The notes: a model not told the origin generated them from the sequence alone. DNA of 34,198 bases from Neoechinorhynchus agilis (GCA_051530055.1 JBMGUZ010000028.1:1-34198), one strand, 5' to 3'. Counted from the stretch's first letter, positions 1 through 10,549 are shown. Translations and numbers: made by a program.

Positions 1-2356
1 AAGCAAATCGAAGTGTTGATCATCAATCAATTTGTAAATATGCGCAAAGATAGTGAGCGGCCTGTATTCCCTTAAATGAAGAATCGACGTTGCTCAAATC
101 ATTATACCAAAGCGGAGACATTGATCTTGAGAATCTTAAATCTAAACTCCACAACTCGACTACTAATGCAGCTCAATCAAAGTCCACATAACAACATTAA
201 GGAAAAAAGCCTGGTGGAACTTGGCACCGAGCTCCGAAATATGATCAATATTGGCATCAATAATGCCAATTGGATGTACGCGCGAGCAAATATCGGAGAG
301 TTTATGAGGCGGCCAATAACTGCCAATGAAATTCGTGAATCGCGTATTTTAGAAATAATTGATGAAATGATGAATGAAAAAGGCAGCGAAAAGATTACTC
401 GGTCCCTTGAAAAAATCAAGTACAGATTGCAGGTAATTCTAAAACGTGATGGTAAGACTTCAAAAGTTGACCCTCAAATCGAAGCGGAAAAGATGAAATT
501 AGGAAATGAGAAACGAGCGAACGACGAGTCCCAAGAGTACGAGGCAAAAAAAGCAAAGCTGTTAAAAAGATTGCCTAAAATAATTTTTAAGCCAACGATG
601 CCTTCCAATCTCTCTAAAACGGATGAAGCTTCCGAAAGCGAAATGGATGCCTTTTCGCAAATCAACGGTGAAGCTGAACAAAAAGCACCAATCGAATCCG
701 GCAAAACTGCCGTTTATATCGGCGAAGGGCGTTGGATTGCACGATACTCTACGGCTGTTTCAGGTTCACTAAAGTCCCTTCGTAAAAGACTGCATTGCGG
801 ATTGAACAAACAGTTTGCCGTGACCAACACTGCAGTGGTTCGTCAAATCCTTGCGAAGATTATCTTAAGAAACACAACGAAAGCTGAAATTGAAGAATCT
901 GGGATTGTAGAAGTTATGGAAAAAATGGCCAAAAATGAAAGTGATGAAGCCACAAGTAAAATTATACAGGAAGTCCTGATAAAACTAAAGCAATTGTGCC
1001 GAAAAGTAGAAAAGAAAAAGGAATGCGATTTTACTAAAGATGCGACCAAATCTCGAAAGCGGAAATTAATTCATCCAGAAGATTTCTTTGTCCGAGAAGC
1101 AAAAGTACATTCGGAAAAGAAGCCGCGGTCAACAAATGATAATAGTTCTTCGAACAAAAGAACTAAGAAATCTAGAGAAAAGATTGAAGTGAATGCAGAA
1201 ATGAGCATGGAGCAGCTCTGCGCCGTGCTGCGGCGAAACCTCGAGGAAGATTCGACGGTAAAGAACCAAGCGCTGGCAATACGAATATTTAAAGCCATGT
1301 ACGAGAAAAACATCACGCAAGATGATATCCGGGATAATCAGCTTGGAAAACTTCTTCATGATATTAAATTCAACATTAATAACGGACGCCATAGCAACCG
1401 AATCGATAAAATTACAATTAAAATGAGGGCTGCATTTCCGATGCGTGGGCGGAATTCAGAAGCGATGATGGCCGCTGCGAGTTGTAACTCCCGGACGGAA
1501 CCGCGGAAACGATCGGCTCCTGTGGACGAGGAAATCGACAGGAAAAGGAAGGCTCCTTAGACATTGAATGTAGAGAATTAATAAATAGGTTTGAAATTGA
1601 CCGAATAAATTTGAAATAATTTGAACGAAATTACTTTTGACTTCGAGAAAAAGAATAACGTAGGAAAATTGAATCCTCATTTTTAAGACTGCCAAGGAAA
1701 ATAAATTCTTGTGAATAAAATGACTATTGAGTGCCTGTTTATTGATCAGCGGGTTTTAGTAGCATTTTAATCGTTGAAGGCGTACGTCCATTGGGACGGT
1801 AAATAAAAAATTTAAAGGCTTTCATTTTGTCCATTCAAAATGTTTAGAACTCACTGCTTCAATATTTATGGGTTATTAACAAATCAGATTGTTTTGCTCA
1901 AATAAGTCAACAAATTTCGTTGTATCCTCGATCTTGAATAAATGCACTAATCAAGAACCCATCGAAATGGTAATTTCGCTCCGATCTTAACCAAGGTTTT
2001 TGAATATTTCGTATGTCATCGACTTTTGCCGAAAATTTTACAATTTTCGTGTGAACATGAAGTAAAGTAATAAAAGGAGACGATCTTATGAAAAAAAATG
2101 ATGAGAAGTAATACAATTTAGTGATAATCTTGATATTGCTACTTTTTTGAGCGAAATTAACAATTAAATTGAAGTTGAGACAAAAAAATAATTATCGAAA
2201 TATTTATGTTTAAGGCATAGATCATTAAAAACGTTAGATAGAAAAATGTAATTGTTTAATCGATTTTTCTCTCGTCATTAGTTACTGATAGAATATTTCA
2301 TTTTTTTTAAGACTCCTCATCGAAATTGTTACAATTTCTGTTTGATTTTTTACGCT
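1..2356 (+). repeat. Left copy of a long inverted duplication (partner 31436-33547); outer end runs off the window
   Basis: Position 1 (aagcaaatcgaagtgttgatcatc) is the reverse complement of the sequence ending at 33547. The match continues through the 494-aa ORF to ~2048, then resumes at ~2264-2356 after a ~215-bp segment missing from the right copy. Confidence 0.97.
76..1560 (+). CDS. 494-aa basic, probably nuclear protein with three TFIIS N-terminal (TND/LW)-like repeats
   Basis: Intact ORF. Segments at aa ~50-122, ~231-308 and ~380-454 align by eye with TFIIS domain I (e.g. NQALAIRIFKAMYEKNITQDDIRDNQLGKLLHDIK vs the A-L..L..L....(I/M)T.E.L....IG pattern). NLS-like KSRKRK and RKRK are present. 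Confidence 0.7.
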   Translation: MKNRRCSNHYTKAETLILRILNLNSTTRLLMQLNQSPHNNIKEKSLVELGTELRNMINIGINNANWMYARANIGEFMRRPITANEIRESRILEIIDEMMNEKGSEKITRSLEKIKYRLQVILKRDGKTSKVDPQIEAEKMKLGNEKRANDESQEYEAKKAKLLKRLPKIIFKPTMPSNLSKTDEASESEMDAFSQINGEAEQKAPIESGKTAVYIGEGRWIARYSTAVSGSLKSLRKRLHCGLNKQFAVTNTAVVRQILAKIILRNTTKAEIEESGIVEVMEKMAKNESDEATSKIIQEVLIKLKQLCRKVEKKKECDFTKDATKSRKRKLIHPEDFFVREAKVHSEKKPRSTNDNSSSNKRTKKSREKIEVNAEMSMEQLCAVLRRNLEEDSTVKNQALAIRIFKAMYEKNITQDDIRDNQLGKLLHDIKFNINNGRHSNRIDKITIKMRAAFPMRGRNSEAMMAAASCNSRTEPRKRSAPVDEEIDRKRKAP

Positions 2357-3014
2357 AGACTTTCGCCCGATAATTCGTGACTCAGACCAAAAGAATATTC
2401 CACAAAATTCTTTGAAGATCTTAGCGGAGTAAAGGTTTGAAAGGAAGCAGAGAAAATTCAGTCCTAAAGAGAAATTCTTACCTACGGAATAAAAAATTTT
2501 GTTGCTCCGATTTAACTGTTATCGTTATTTTCTCTAAGCATAATAAAAAATTGAGCATCACCTCAAAAGCCCTTTGAATAATTCCTACTGCTCGAATATC
2601 GCTGGTTCAAACTAATTTTTTATCGAAATGAGCAGGTTCAACGAAAAAAACTAAATTAAAATTAAAATTCAGAAATAGTACAAAAGTTATTTAAAGCAAC
2701 TCCAGGCTTCGAATTTTTGAATATTACAAGAAATCCGCCTAAATAAGAGTTATTTCTATTTTTAGAAACAATTTCCGGTAAAATTGAACAACAAAAAAAT
2801 TGGACAACAAAAATGACTTGTTCGACAAACTAAATTAATTTTTAAGGTCAAAATTTTTTGATTGCTGCCAAATTCATATAGAAATGTGAAACGTGCCACT
2901 GCAATGTTGAAATAATAATTTCATTGCTGTCTTAAAGTCACGAACTTCTTCTATTCCATCAAAGAAACGTGTTGTAAAAATTATAGATCACAAAATTTGT
3001 CATTTTAATTTTAG

Positions 3015-3449
3015 ATGCTGACTGAGAACGACTTCCACAGAACACCGCCAAGATTCCCGAATCGATTCGAGAAGCGAGTGGATAATGACGATAGGACGAA
3101 AATAGACGAGCGATTTAAGGCAGTAGAAAAGAAACTGAAGGAATTCGAGGAGAGGAACAAAATAATGAAAGAGATTTATTCCGAAGTAGAAGAGAAATTA
3201 ATGTCATCTTTTGAAGACAAATCCTATAAAAACAACTTATCGAAAAATTTCCTAAGTCCCGTTTTAAATCTTATAAAGATTCATGAAAATAAAGTTGCAT
3301 GTTTTGTTGATGATCGCCAAGAAAAGGGAAAAGATCTTTGTGGCCTCAAAGAAGAACGCGATAATTTTTTGAAGAAGCTTAGCAAGAAACGACAAGAATT
3401 ATTTTGTCGAGCATCCCACCGCTGCCACCAGTGGTTACAACCTGACTAG
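3015..3449 (+). CDS. Coiled-coil ORF (144 aa) whose 3' end runs into an LTR/PBS; probably a truncated 5' gene part
   Basis: E/K-rich heptad-like sequence. ATG follows directly on a ttttaattttag acceptor. The last ~12 codons are read from PBS/LTR sequence. Confidence 0.5.
   Translation: MLTENDFHRTPPRFPNRFEKRVDNDDRTKIDERFKAVEKKLKEFEERNKIMKEIYSEVEEKLMSSFEDKSYKNNLSKNFLSPVLNLIKIHENKVACFVDDRQEKGKDLCGLKEERDNFLKKLSKKRQELFCRASHRCHQWLQPD
3413..3430 (-). mobile_element. Primer-binding site complementary to the tRNA-Leu 3' end
   Basis: Minus strand TGGTGGCAGCGGTGGGAT is complementary to ATCCCACCGCTGCCA+CCA, the 3' end of metazoan tRNA-Leu(AAG-type). It lies 1 nt after a ...GTAACCA LTR-like end. Confidence 0.8.
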
Positions 3450-4152
3450 CCATCAATTCTTGTTTTGTGAGGAAGACAAAAGTAACTTTTATTGGCTCGC
3501 GTCCGCACACTTCAAGTAAAGCAGCGAGCGTACAAATGAGAGTAAACACGAAAGAATGGTAGATCTGAAATGACGACACACACACCTGTTCGCCCGTTAT
3601 CGATCGAACGGGCGCGATGGCCCCGTCGCTGTCAATTTGGTCTTTGGTTGATGCTTTCGGGCAGCACGGTCTCGTTTGCCGAAAGTATGGATGAGGGGTT
3701 TCACGCCATTCTGAGATCTATAGCGTAATTTCCCCGGCGTTGAGAACGGCAAACTTCCCCAACATCTTGGAACCGTCCATCTTTGTCGACTAGACTGTCG
3801 TCGACCTGACGGAATTTCGGTCTTTTCGTGGCGGGAGGGCAAATGCCTTCTCTGGGACGCCACGTCCCTCGCAGTAAGCAACATTCCCTACTCTCTCGAA
3901 ATATCTGGAGGTGCAACCAGTGCAGCGGAAGCGAGGAAGGTACGAAAATATAGGGATTCAGTAAGGGTCCACTATTTTGTCCCCTTTGGAGTAGAGACGT
4001 AAGGAGCGCTTGACAGCTCGGCACTCACTCTGCTCTAGGATCTCTCGAAGATACTGATAAAAACGACCGGCGACGCACGAGCAGGTGTATTCCTGCGACA
4101 AAATATCTCGCTCGCAGTACAACGAGGCAATCCTGCTAGCGTTATAGCAACA
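3432..4152 (-). mobile_element. LTR of a Ty3/gypsy-like retrotransposon; internal region absent
   Basis: GC-richer block that starts TGTTGC on the minus strand and ends CA next to the PBS, with AATAAA (3488-3493) ~55 nt from its end. No gag/pol follows. A 24-bp piece recurs inverted at 34171-34194. The 4152 boundary is tentative. Confidence 0.6.
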
Positions 4153-4178
4153 GCCGAGGGAGGAGAGAAGCTAAGATT

Positions 4179-5252
4179 TTGCGGACGGTACCAAATTTAA
4201 TCTTCAAAAATCGATTGGATCTTGAGATCGGTCTACGAAATGTTTATGAATCTCTTCGTTTCAATCAATTTCTTGTGTATGGTCTTAATTCCAAATGTAT
4301 TGGCAAGTCCCTTGTGGACGGAAAGTGGTACCGAGGTCAAATTACAGAAGTGAATATTCTGACATCTTCATTCAAAGTCTTTTACATTGATTACGGTCAC
4401 CAAGAGTGGCTTCCATTGGTAAATCTACGACCGGTTAAAAGAATCTTCAACTCCATTCCGAGGCTGGCCCTTCCATGTAAACTAAAATTGGAAAACCAAG
4501 ATGGCAATTCCGTACTTGTAAATCAAAACCACTCACAAGTTCCCGAAGCAGCGTTTGAAGGGAATGTCTTTTGTGATTTTATGAGAAAGGACGAGGACGG
4601 CAAATATTCGATTAATATCGAAATTATTTATAAGCTGGTTCACTTCTGCAACATTGAAAATATTTTTATAACCCAATTTGTCCAGGAATGGCGAACTTAT
4701 CTGAATCGAGAATTGATTAATTTAAATGGACGTCACGCTGAGGAGGTATCGAGAGAACTTTATCCTGGCCATTATTGTCTCGTCAAAGATTCCGATAAAT
4801 CATTCAAAAGAGTAAAGATCCTGGAGGACCAGGGTCATAGATTTCTTGTCGAAGAAGTAGATTCCGGAAAGATACGGTTTGTTTCTAAATTAATATGCTA
4901 CGTTGCTTCTCCATCGATACTCGCTATTCGAAAGACGATTTTTAAGTGTCATTTGGATGGATGTTCAACTAAAGAAATGGCTCAAGGACCGTTAGAGTAT
5001 CGGTTTCGGCAAATGGACACTCGATTCGCACAAAAGGAACGACTAATCGCAAAGATTATTGGCTACGACGTTTCGCGGCAATCATTTATGGTGAAGCTAT
5101 CGATTAAAAAGTCGTATGGATTGAAACCATTGGAAAAATCTTTATCGCATTTGTTGGTCTTTGAAAAATCAAACGAAGAATCAGTGGATACAACGAATGA
5201 ACAAAATGGCGAAGACGCCAATACAATGGACGACTCGCAACTGAACAACTAG
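4179..5252 (+). CDS. Protein with two extended Tudor domains (TDRD-like), 5'-incomplete
   Basis: Tudor 1: CIGKSLVDGKWYRGQI...KVFYIDYGHQEW...IPRLALPCKL. Tudor 2 is degenerate: PGHYCLVKDSDKSFKRVKI...VEEVDSGK...IFKCHL. The ORF opens at TTG with no Met before Tudor 1 and abuts the LTR. Confidence 0.85.
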   Translation: MRTVPNLIFKNRLDLEIGLRNVYESLRFNQFLVYGLNSKCIGKSLVDGKWYRGQITEVNILTSSFKVFYIDYGHQEWLPLVNLRPVKRIFNSIPRLALPCKLKLENQDGNSVLVNQNHSQVPEAAFEGNVFCDFMRKDEDGKYSINIEIIYKLVHFCNIENIFITQFVQEWRTYLNRELINLNGRHAEEVSRELYPGHYCLVKDSDKSFKRVKILEDQGHRFLVEEVDSGKIRFVSKLICYVASPSILAIRKTIFKCHLDGCSTKEMAQGPLEYRFRQMDTRFAQKERLIAKIIGYDVSRQSFMVKLSIKKSYGLKPLEKSLSHLLVFEKSNEESVDTTNEQNGEDANTMDDSQLNN

Positions 5253-5856
5253 GCGAGTTTGTTCGAGTTTTAATGCTGCTTAAAACGCTGCAAGAGTTTC
5301 TGTGTTTTCTGTAAATAAAATTATTACACAGTTTTGAGTCTTACGTTAAAGTTGGATTATCGAATTCTGGCTTTAATTACATGTTTTTATTCCGTTTTAG
5401 CGCCTCATAAATATAAAATCGCTGCTATAATTTCGATTATTATGTTGTTGATGATTAAAAAATTAGAGAAAATCCACTGGTTTGGATAGCGGTTAGCATT
5501 CATATTTCAATATGGAGCCATCATCCGTGGACACGAGTTCGGGGTACGAATTTCACCATTAGAATCTTCGGCCATTCATCCAGGAATAAGACGTCGCCTC
5601 TGCCTCCGATTTACTTCCCTTTCATTGAAAGTGAGTTTCCTTGTTTCTTTTATAAAATTCCTTTCGTTAGAAAGACTAATAGGCATGTTGCTGGTAATGA
5701 TCGCAGGATTCGAAACAGCGGCTATTCTCATGGCCGTGTTTCATTTTCTATCCCAAAGACGGCTCCGGATCTTGTGGCTGCAAGTTTCTTCGGTCTTTGG
5801 ACAAATCTCTTGTAAGTGTCGCCTACTATTGTAAATATTCTTGATCTTTGTCCTAA

Positions 5857-6225
5857 GTGACCTATCAACAAGTGGGAATCGGATCGTTTGTTTTCTACGT
5901 CAAAGAGAAGGACCATCGATTTTGCTATCCATCTTATTTGGTGATTGCAAGATGCCTTTTTTCGATCTTATCCTTTATATTCTCTCAAACAGCGACATTT
6001 ATTCTCGGCACCGAGCTAAAGAAAATATCAGAAGAGTTTTCTGAAACGCTTGTTCCTCCGCTGAAATATCTCCTGTCCAAAATCAGGCATAGGCTGGAAC
6101 CACAAAGACAATATAATGAAGAAAGCAAAATAATTAATATGTCGATAGATGAATCCCATAAATTTATAGGCTTGATTGCAAAAGAAGTGATGTCGATCCA
6201 TATTTTTAAACCTAATGATTTTTAG
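5857..6225 (+). other. Unassigned 122-codon ORF upstream of Argonaute
   Basis: ORF with a GTG start and no recognisable motif; its 5' part is duplicated at 34055-34168. Confidence 0.25.
5866..5979 (+). repeat. 114-bp dispersed direct repeat (copy 1; copy 2 at 34055-34168)
   Basis: caacaagtgg(g/t)aatcggatcgtttgttttctacgtc...cttatcctttata occurs at both sites with only a few substitutions. Confidence 0.95.
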
Positions 6226-6321
6226 GGTTTAGAAATAAATACGCTGCGACAAGAATGCAGCGTTAAAACACGTCCAAAAAATGTTTACTGTACAAAAATT
6301 AAATTAAATAAGTCGATAAAA

Positions 6322-8176
6322 ATGGTGATCAATTATTTTCCACTGACCAATTCAACTCCTTTCAGGGTAAACCAGTACGTCGTGAAGATTGAAGATAAAG
6401 ATGGAGGTTTGGGTGTCAATAACCCAAACGGAGAAAACGTCTTATCTTCATTAAAACAGCGAATTATAATTAAAAAAGCGATATTGAAAATGGCAAATGA
6501 TCGTGAAAAAGAATTCAAGTACCGAACTGTATACGACGGTGGTCGTGTGGTTTACTCACTAAGCGATTTCGCCACAGGCAGCGATGAGTGTTCAATACTC
6601 GTCTCTGAAAAGTATTTGGTTATATTTAAGAAAAACAATGAAATCGATATGGAGCAGGACATTGCATTGATAAGAAACATGATCGTAAAATCTGTTGCAC
6701 TCCGTCCGCAGATGGCAATAATCGATATTGTCTTTAAATTCGCACTATCGAATCTTCTAATTAACTTTGGGAGATCTTTTTTCCTTCAAATGATCCACCT
6801 GCTCATCGACGCTCGCAAATGCAGTTATCGCACCCGAAATATCGTTGCTTGATTTCCTTCGGAAAAAAGGAATATCGGAAGACGATTTAACCGCCAGCAA
6901 AACTAATCCTCAATTATTACAATCGGTTAGTGAACTTTTGAAGGACCGAACAAAGATCATTGTAAAATATGATTCGGAAGGGAAGCATAAGCGGTACGCC
7001 ACCTTTAATTCCTTTAAGATGGAATCACCTTTTGAATACAAATTCGTTTTAAACAATGACGATGGTCACTCGAATATTAGCGTTGGTCAATTTTTCAAAC
7101 AACATTACGGCCATGATTGTTTGCCTCATTTTGTGACCGTGGCGACGGGTAAAAGAGGAAATGCCGTAGTTCCATTGGAACTTGTATATCTCGCAGCACG
7201 AAAGGTTCAGAACGAAGAACTTAAGAATCAAATGGCGGATGTTATTAAAAGAACAGCACTTTCTCCGACTCAGAGGAAGTTTAATATTGATTCGAAATTA
7301 ATGTATTTGCAATCAAAAATGAACAACGAGTGTGCGAAATATTTTAAAGAATGGAGAGTCGAATTATCCGATCGTATGGCTGTAATCGATGCCGGTCTTT
7401 TACCGATACCGATGATTTATCATTCTCAAGGTCAAATAACATATCAGAGGCATTATGGAGCCTGGAATGCCGGTAAAGAATTTTCATTCTTTAAAGGAGT
7501 TGGAAAAGACTTGACATGGTCTTATTACATTTTTCCGGATAATCTGTCAATAGACGAGGATAGCGTCCAGCAATTCTTAAAGAGACTGATTGAAACGGCA
7601 CGAAGATATGGAATCGATCTGCCTGAAAATGGACATCGTCATATTTGGCATCGAGACGAATTCAACGTTCAATTTCCACGATATATTTTATCAGGAAATA
7701 CTACAAAAGTGGCATTCCTTTTTGCAAGACGGAACAACTACCAATATTCAGCAGTTAAGGCTGCTGCGGAACTAGTCAGCGGATCGATTACTCAGTTCAC
7801 CACTGACAAAGCGATAAAAAGACGAGATAGGAGCGGTAATCGGGACGGTCAGGTGATCGTAAATATTTGTAACAAACTTTGTGCAAAGCTCGGCGGTGTT
7901 AACGTGAGTCTAACACGAAATCCAGTGCCATTTAAGTTTAATCCACAAATTGGAAATTACGGAAGGGCCATGTTTGTCGGTCTCGATGTTACCCATCGGG
8001 TTCTGAATAGTCAAGGACACCTTAGCCGAGTTTCGATAGCCGCCGTTGTAGCTTCGGTTGACTTTGTTCCTCATTCCGATGTTACCGAGATTTCCCTTCA
8101 GAAAAATCCTCAAGCTTCAAAGTCAAGTATAGAAATTGTTTATAGTTTAGAAACAATATCGAATTTCCTTTTATAG
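6322..8176 (+). pseudogene. AGO: AGO-clade Argonaute, N-PAZ-MID and start of PIWI; L1 deletion with frameshift; 3'-truncated
   Basis: N domain VINYFPL and VYDGG; L1 GRSFF; PAZ SVGQFFKQHY...VVPLELV; MID YSAVK...ITQF...NICNKLCAKLGGVN; PIWI MFVGLDVTH, SIAAVVASVD, EIV. The frame shifts near 6790, where the usual ~50-aa L1 segment is missing. TAG at 8174 precedes the RDG motif. Confidence 0.93.
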
Positions 8177-8209
8177 AAAGATTTTTCCCATTTTAGAAAT
8201 TGTCAGCTG

Positions 8210-8554
8210 ATGTTCTTAAAACTAAATGAATATAAAGCCGCCATCGCTCGGGAAAATGACAGTCTCGAAGATATGAAACGACAGTGTGTTGATCAGCAAG
8301 TTACTCAACAAAGACTTCTCAAAGAACAAAATGAGCTAAAGAAAAGTTTGACGGAGAAAATGAAAAAATCAGAAGAAGACGCACACAAAGTTTATAGATC
8401 AGAGATTAGCAAGTATCGAAATTACGCCAATACTGCAATTTCCAATGAGATCGAGCAGATTAATGAAATTTATGATCAACAAATCGAAAGATACAGTCGA
8501 AAGATTGAAGTCTTAAGGAAAAGAAATTGCTTATTGAAGTATCGCTTCGAATAA
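8210..8554 (+). CDS. Coiled-coil ORF (114 aa), unknown function
   Basis: Heptad-like E/K/Q-rich sequence with a cccattttag acceptor just upstream. Same frame as the Ago ORF, 11 codons after its TAG. Confidence 0.45.
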   Translation: MFLKLNEYKAAIARENDSLEDMKRQCVDQQVTQQRLLKEQNELKKSLTEKMKKSEEDAHKVYRSEISKYRNYANTAISNEIEQINEIYDQQIERYSRKIEVLRKRNCLLKYRFE

Positions 8555-8689
8555 AGATGTAGAAAAACATTTAATTCCGTTTAACGATAGGATAATAAAT
8601 TGTTCGAAATGCAGATAATAATAATCGATTTATTCGAAAACGAACCACGTAGCATAATTAACTGTGAAGATTGTTAGGACGTACAGCCT

Positions 8690-9418
8690 AAGTCGTCCTT
8701 GAAAATGTCGATTCATTTGTTCATTTTTTCCGCGGCCCAGTGAGGGAACTTTCCCCAAGGGTAAGGTAGCTTGGCTAGGGCGTTGAGAAAGGTACTTTGG
8801 AATTTCAGGTGGTCTCCCTCTGGAATAGAACACAAGGCCAGAGATAGCCCAAGAGTTCCAGATATTTTTGTCGCTTTGAAATTAATGAGTGAACGTTGTT
8901 TGTAAAGTAGATTTTAAGTTTTCCATCATAATAAGAGATCGATCGAATGATTTCCCGGTCTTCTTTAATCGTTCTTAACCATGGTGTTTCCGGTGAAGCA
9001 CCTCTCTTGGAAGCAGAGGACGAAATTGTGATCACATGCGGCCATCTTTTGATTCGTTGTGTGTTTGCGTGAAGATAACGATTTTTTACGATTTCCGGAC
9101 ATTAAACAAGTCTGAAATATGGATTTTATTTCCAAAAATCCAACTCTTTTTTTTCTACACAATCTTGCACGTCTTTTGATCGATTTTCCGAAAACAAAAT
9201 CATCATTCTATTACCAAAATATGAACTATTCATTCTTCAAACAAATCTGAGACTTTCGATTCAACATCCAGATAGGTCTCGGTGTTGGAATTCGAATTGG
9301 ATGGGTACTGAACAGTATCCTTGCTTTTTAATTGCTTGCTGTGTCTTAGGTGGCCGTTCGCCACCGTCCACCGCAACGTTAGGTTTCGAAAACATTTTTT
9401 TGCATTGAAATGCAGAAA
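8690..9418 (-). mobile_element. Degraded non-LTR retrotransposon fragment, a diverged relative of the 452-bp unit
   Basis: Around 8800-8870 the minus strand reads IWNSWAISGLVFYSRGRPPE, matching IWCSWAISGLVFYSRGRPPE in the adjacent array; the reading frames are disrupted. Confidence 0.5.
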
Positions 9419-10549
9419 AAAAATTATTCGACAAAGGCAAACCATGGAACGACCGCTGTCGCTGAATAACCAAAGCAACATTCTATAGTTAAGTATCCGT
9501 TCTTTTTATTTGAGGTCACAATCCGATCCACTGCATGGATTTGTTGGCCCAGTCTGCTGAGGAAATCCACTCAAAGGGTAGTCTCAACAGGGTTTTCAAG
9601 AATACACAGCGGAATTTTAGGCTTTGTTCTGGAGGCCTTCCTCTGGAATAAAAAACTAGGCCTGAAATAGCCCAAGAGCACCATATTACTTTGCATATCT
9701 TGGCGCTGAGCCTAATACGAGCGGCCCGTCTCGCCTTAACTCTGGCTGTCTTTAAAAGTTTTTTCATCTTGTGTATATCGGAGGCGGGCGAAAGGTTATT
9801 AGTGAAAGTATAACCTAAAATATCAAGCTTTTTATAAGCAGGGTCGAAATCTAACCCAAAAATCCTACGATTGAAAAAATTATTCCGCAAAGGCAAACAA
9901 TGGATCGACCGCTGTCGCTGAATAACTGAAGCAACATTCTATACTAGTTACTATCCGTTTTTGGAAGTCATAATCCGATCCACTGCATGGATTTATTGGC
10001 CCAGTCTGCTGGGGAAATCAACTCAAAGGGCAATCTCGACAGGATTTTCAAGAATACACAGCGGAATTTTAGGCGTTGTTCTGGAGGCCTTCCTCTGGAA
10101 TAAAAAACTAGGCCTGAAATAGTCCAAGAGCACCATATTACTTTGCATATCTTGGCGCTAAGCCTAATACGAGCGGCGCGTCTCGCCTTAACTCTGGCTG
10201 TCTTTAAAAGTTTTTTCATCTTGTGTATATCGGAGGCGGGCGAGAGGTTATTAGTGAAAGTATAACCTAAAATATCAAGCTTTTTATAAGCGGGTCGAAA
10301 TCTAACCCAAAAATCCCACGATTAAAAAAATTATTCCGCAAAGGCAAACAATGGATCGACCGCTGTCGCTGAATAACTGAAGCAACATTCTATACTAGTT
10401 ACTATCCGTTTTTGGAAGTCATAATCCGATCCACTGCATGGATTTGTTGGCCCAGTCTGCTGAGGAAATCCACTCAAAGGGTAGTCTCGACAGGGTTTTC
10501 AAGAATACACAGCGGAATTTTAGTCGTTGTTCTGGAGCCCTTCCTCTGA
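9419..10549 (-). repeat. Tandem array, ~452-bp unit x ~2.5, derived from a LINE RT C-terminal region
   Basis: atccgatccactgcatgg recurs at ~9521, ~9973 and ~10424. The unit encodes LDILGYTFTNNL...LSAKICKVIWCSWAISGLVFYS, resembling the K(Y)LG...L...Y.S...S.L.Y post-RT region of LINEs. Confidence 0.75.

Noticed and set aside
3413-3430. tRNA-Leu gene
   Set aside because: Only the 3' 18 nt including CCA are present, with no cloverleaf; this is a PBS.
6322-8176. Prokaryotic short Argonaute defence system, or a PIWI-clade gene
   Set aside because: Flanking genes have spliceosomal introns, and the motifs (GLDVTH, KLGGVN, SVSIPAP.YYAH) are AGO-clade.
8174-8176. Alternative genetic code explaining the in-frame stops
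   Set aside because: Actin, TIMM13, RTF2 and IleRS end in TAA and the TND gene in TAG at the expected places; long ORFs need no reassignment.
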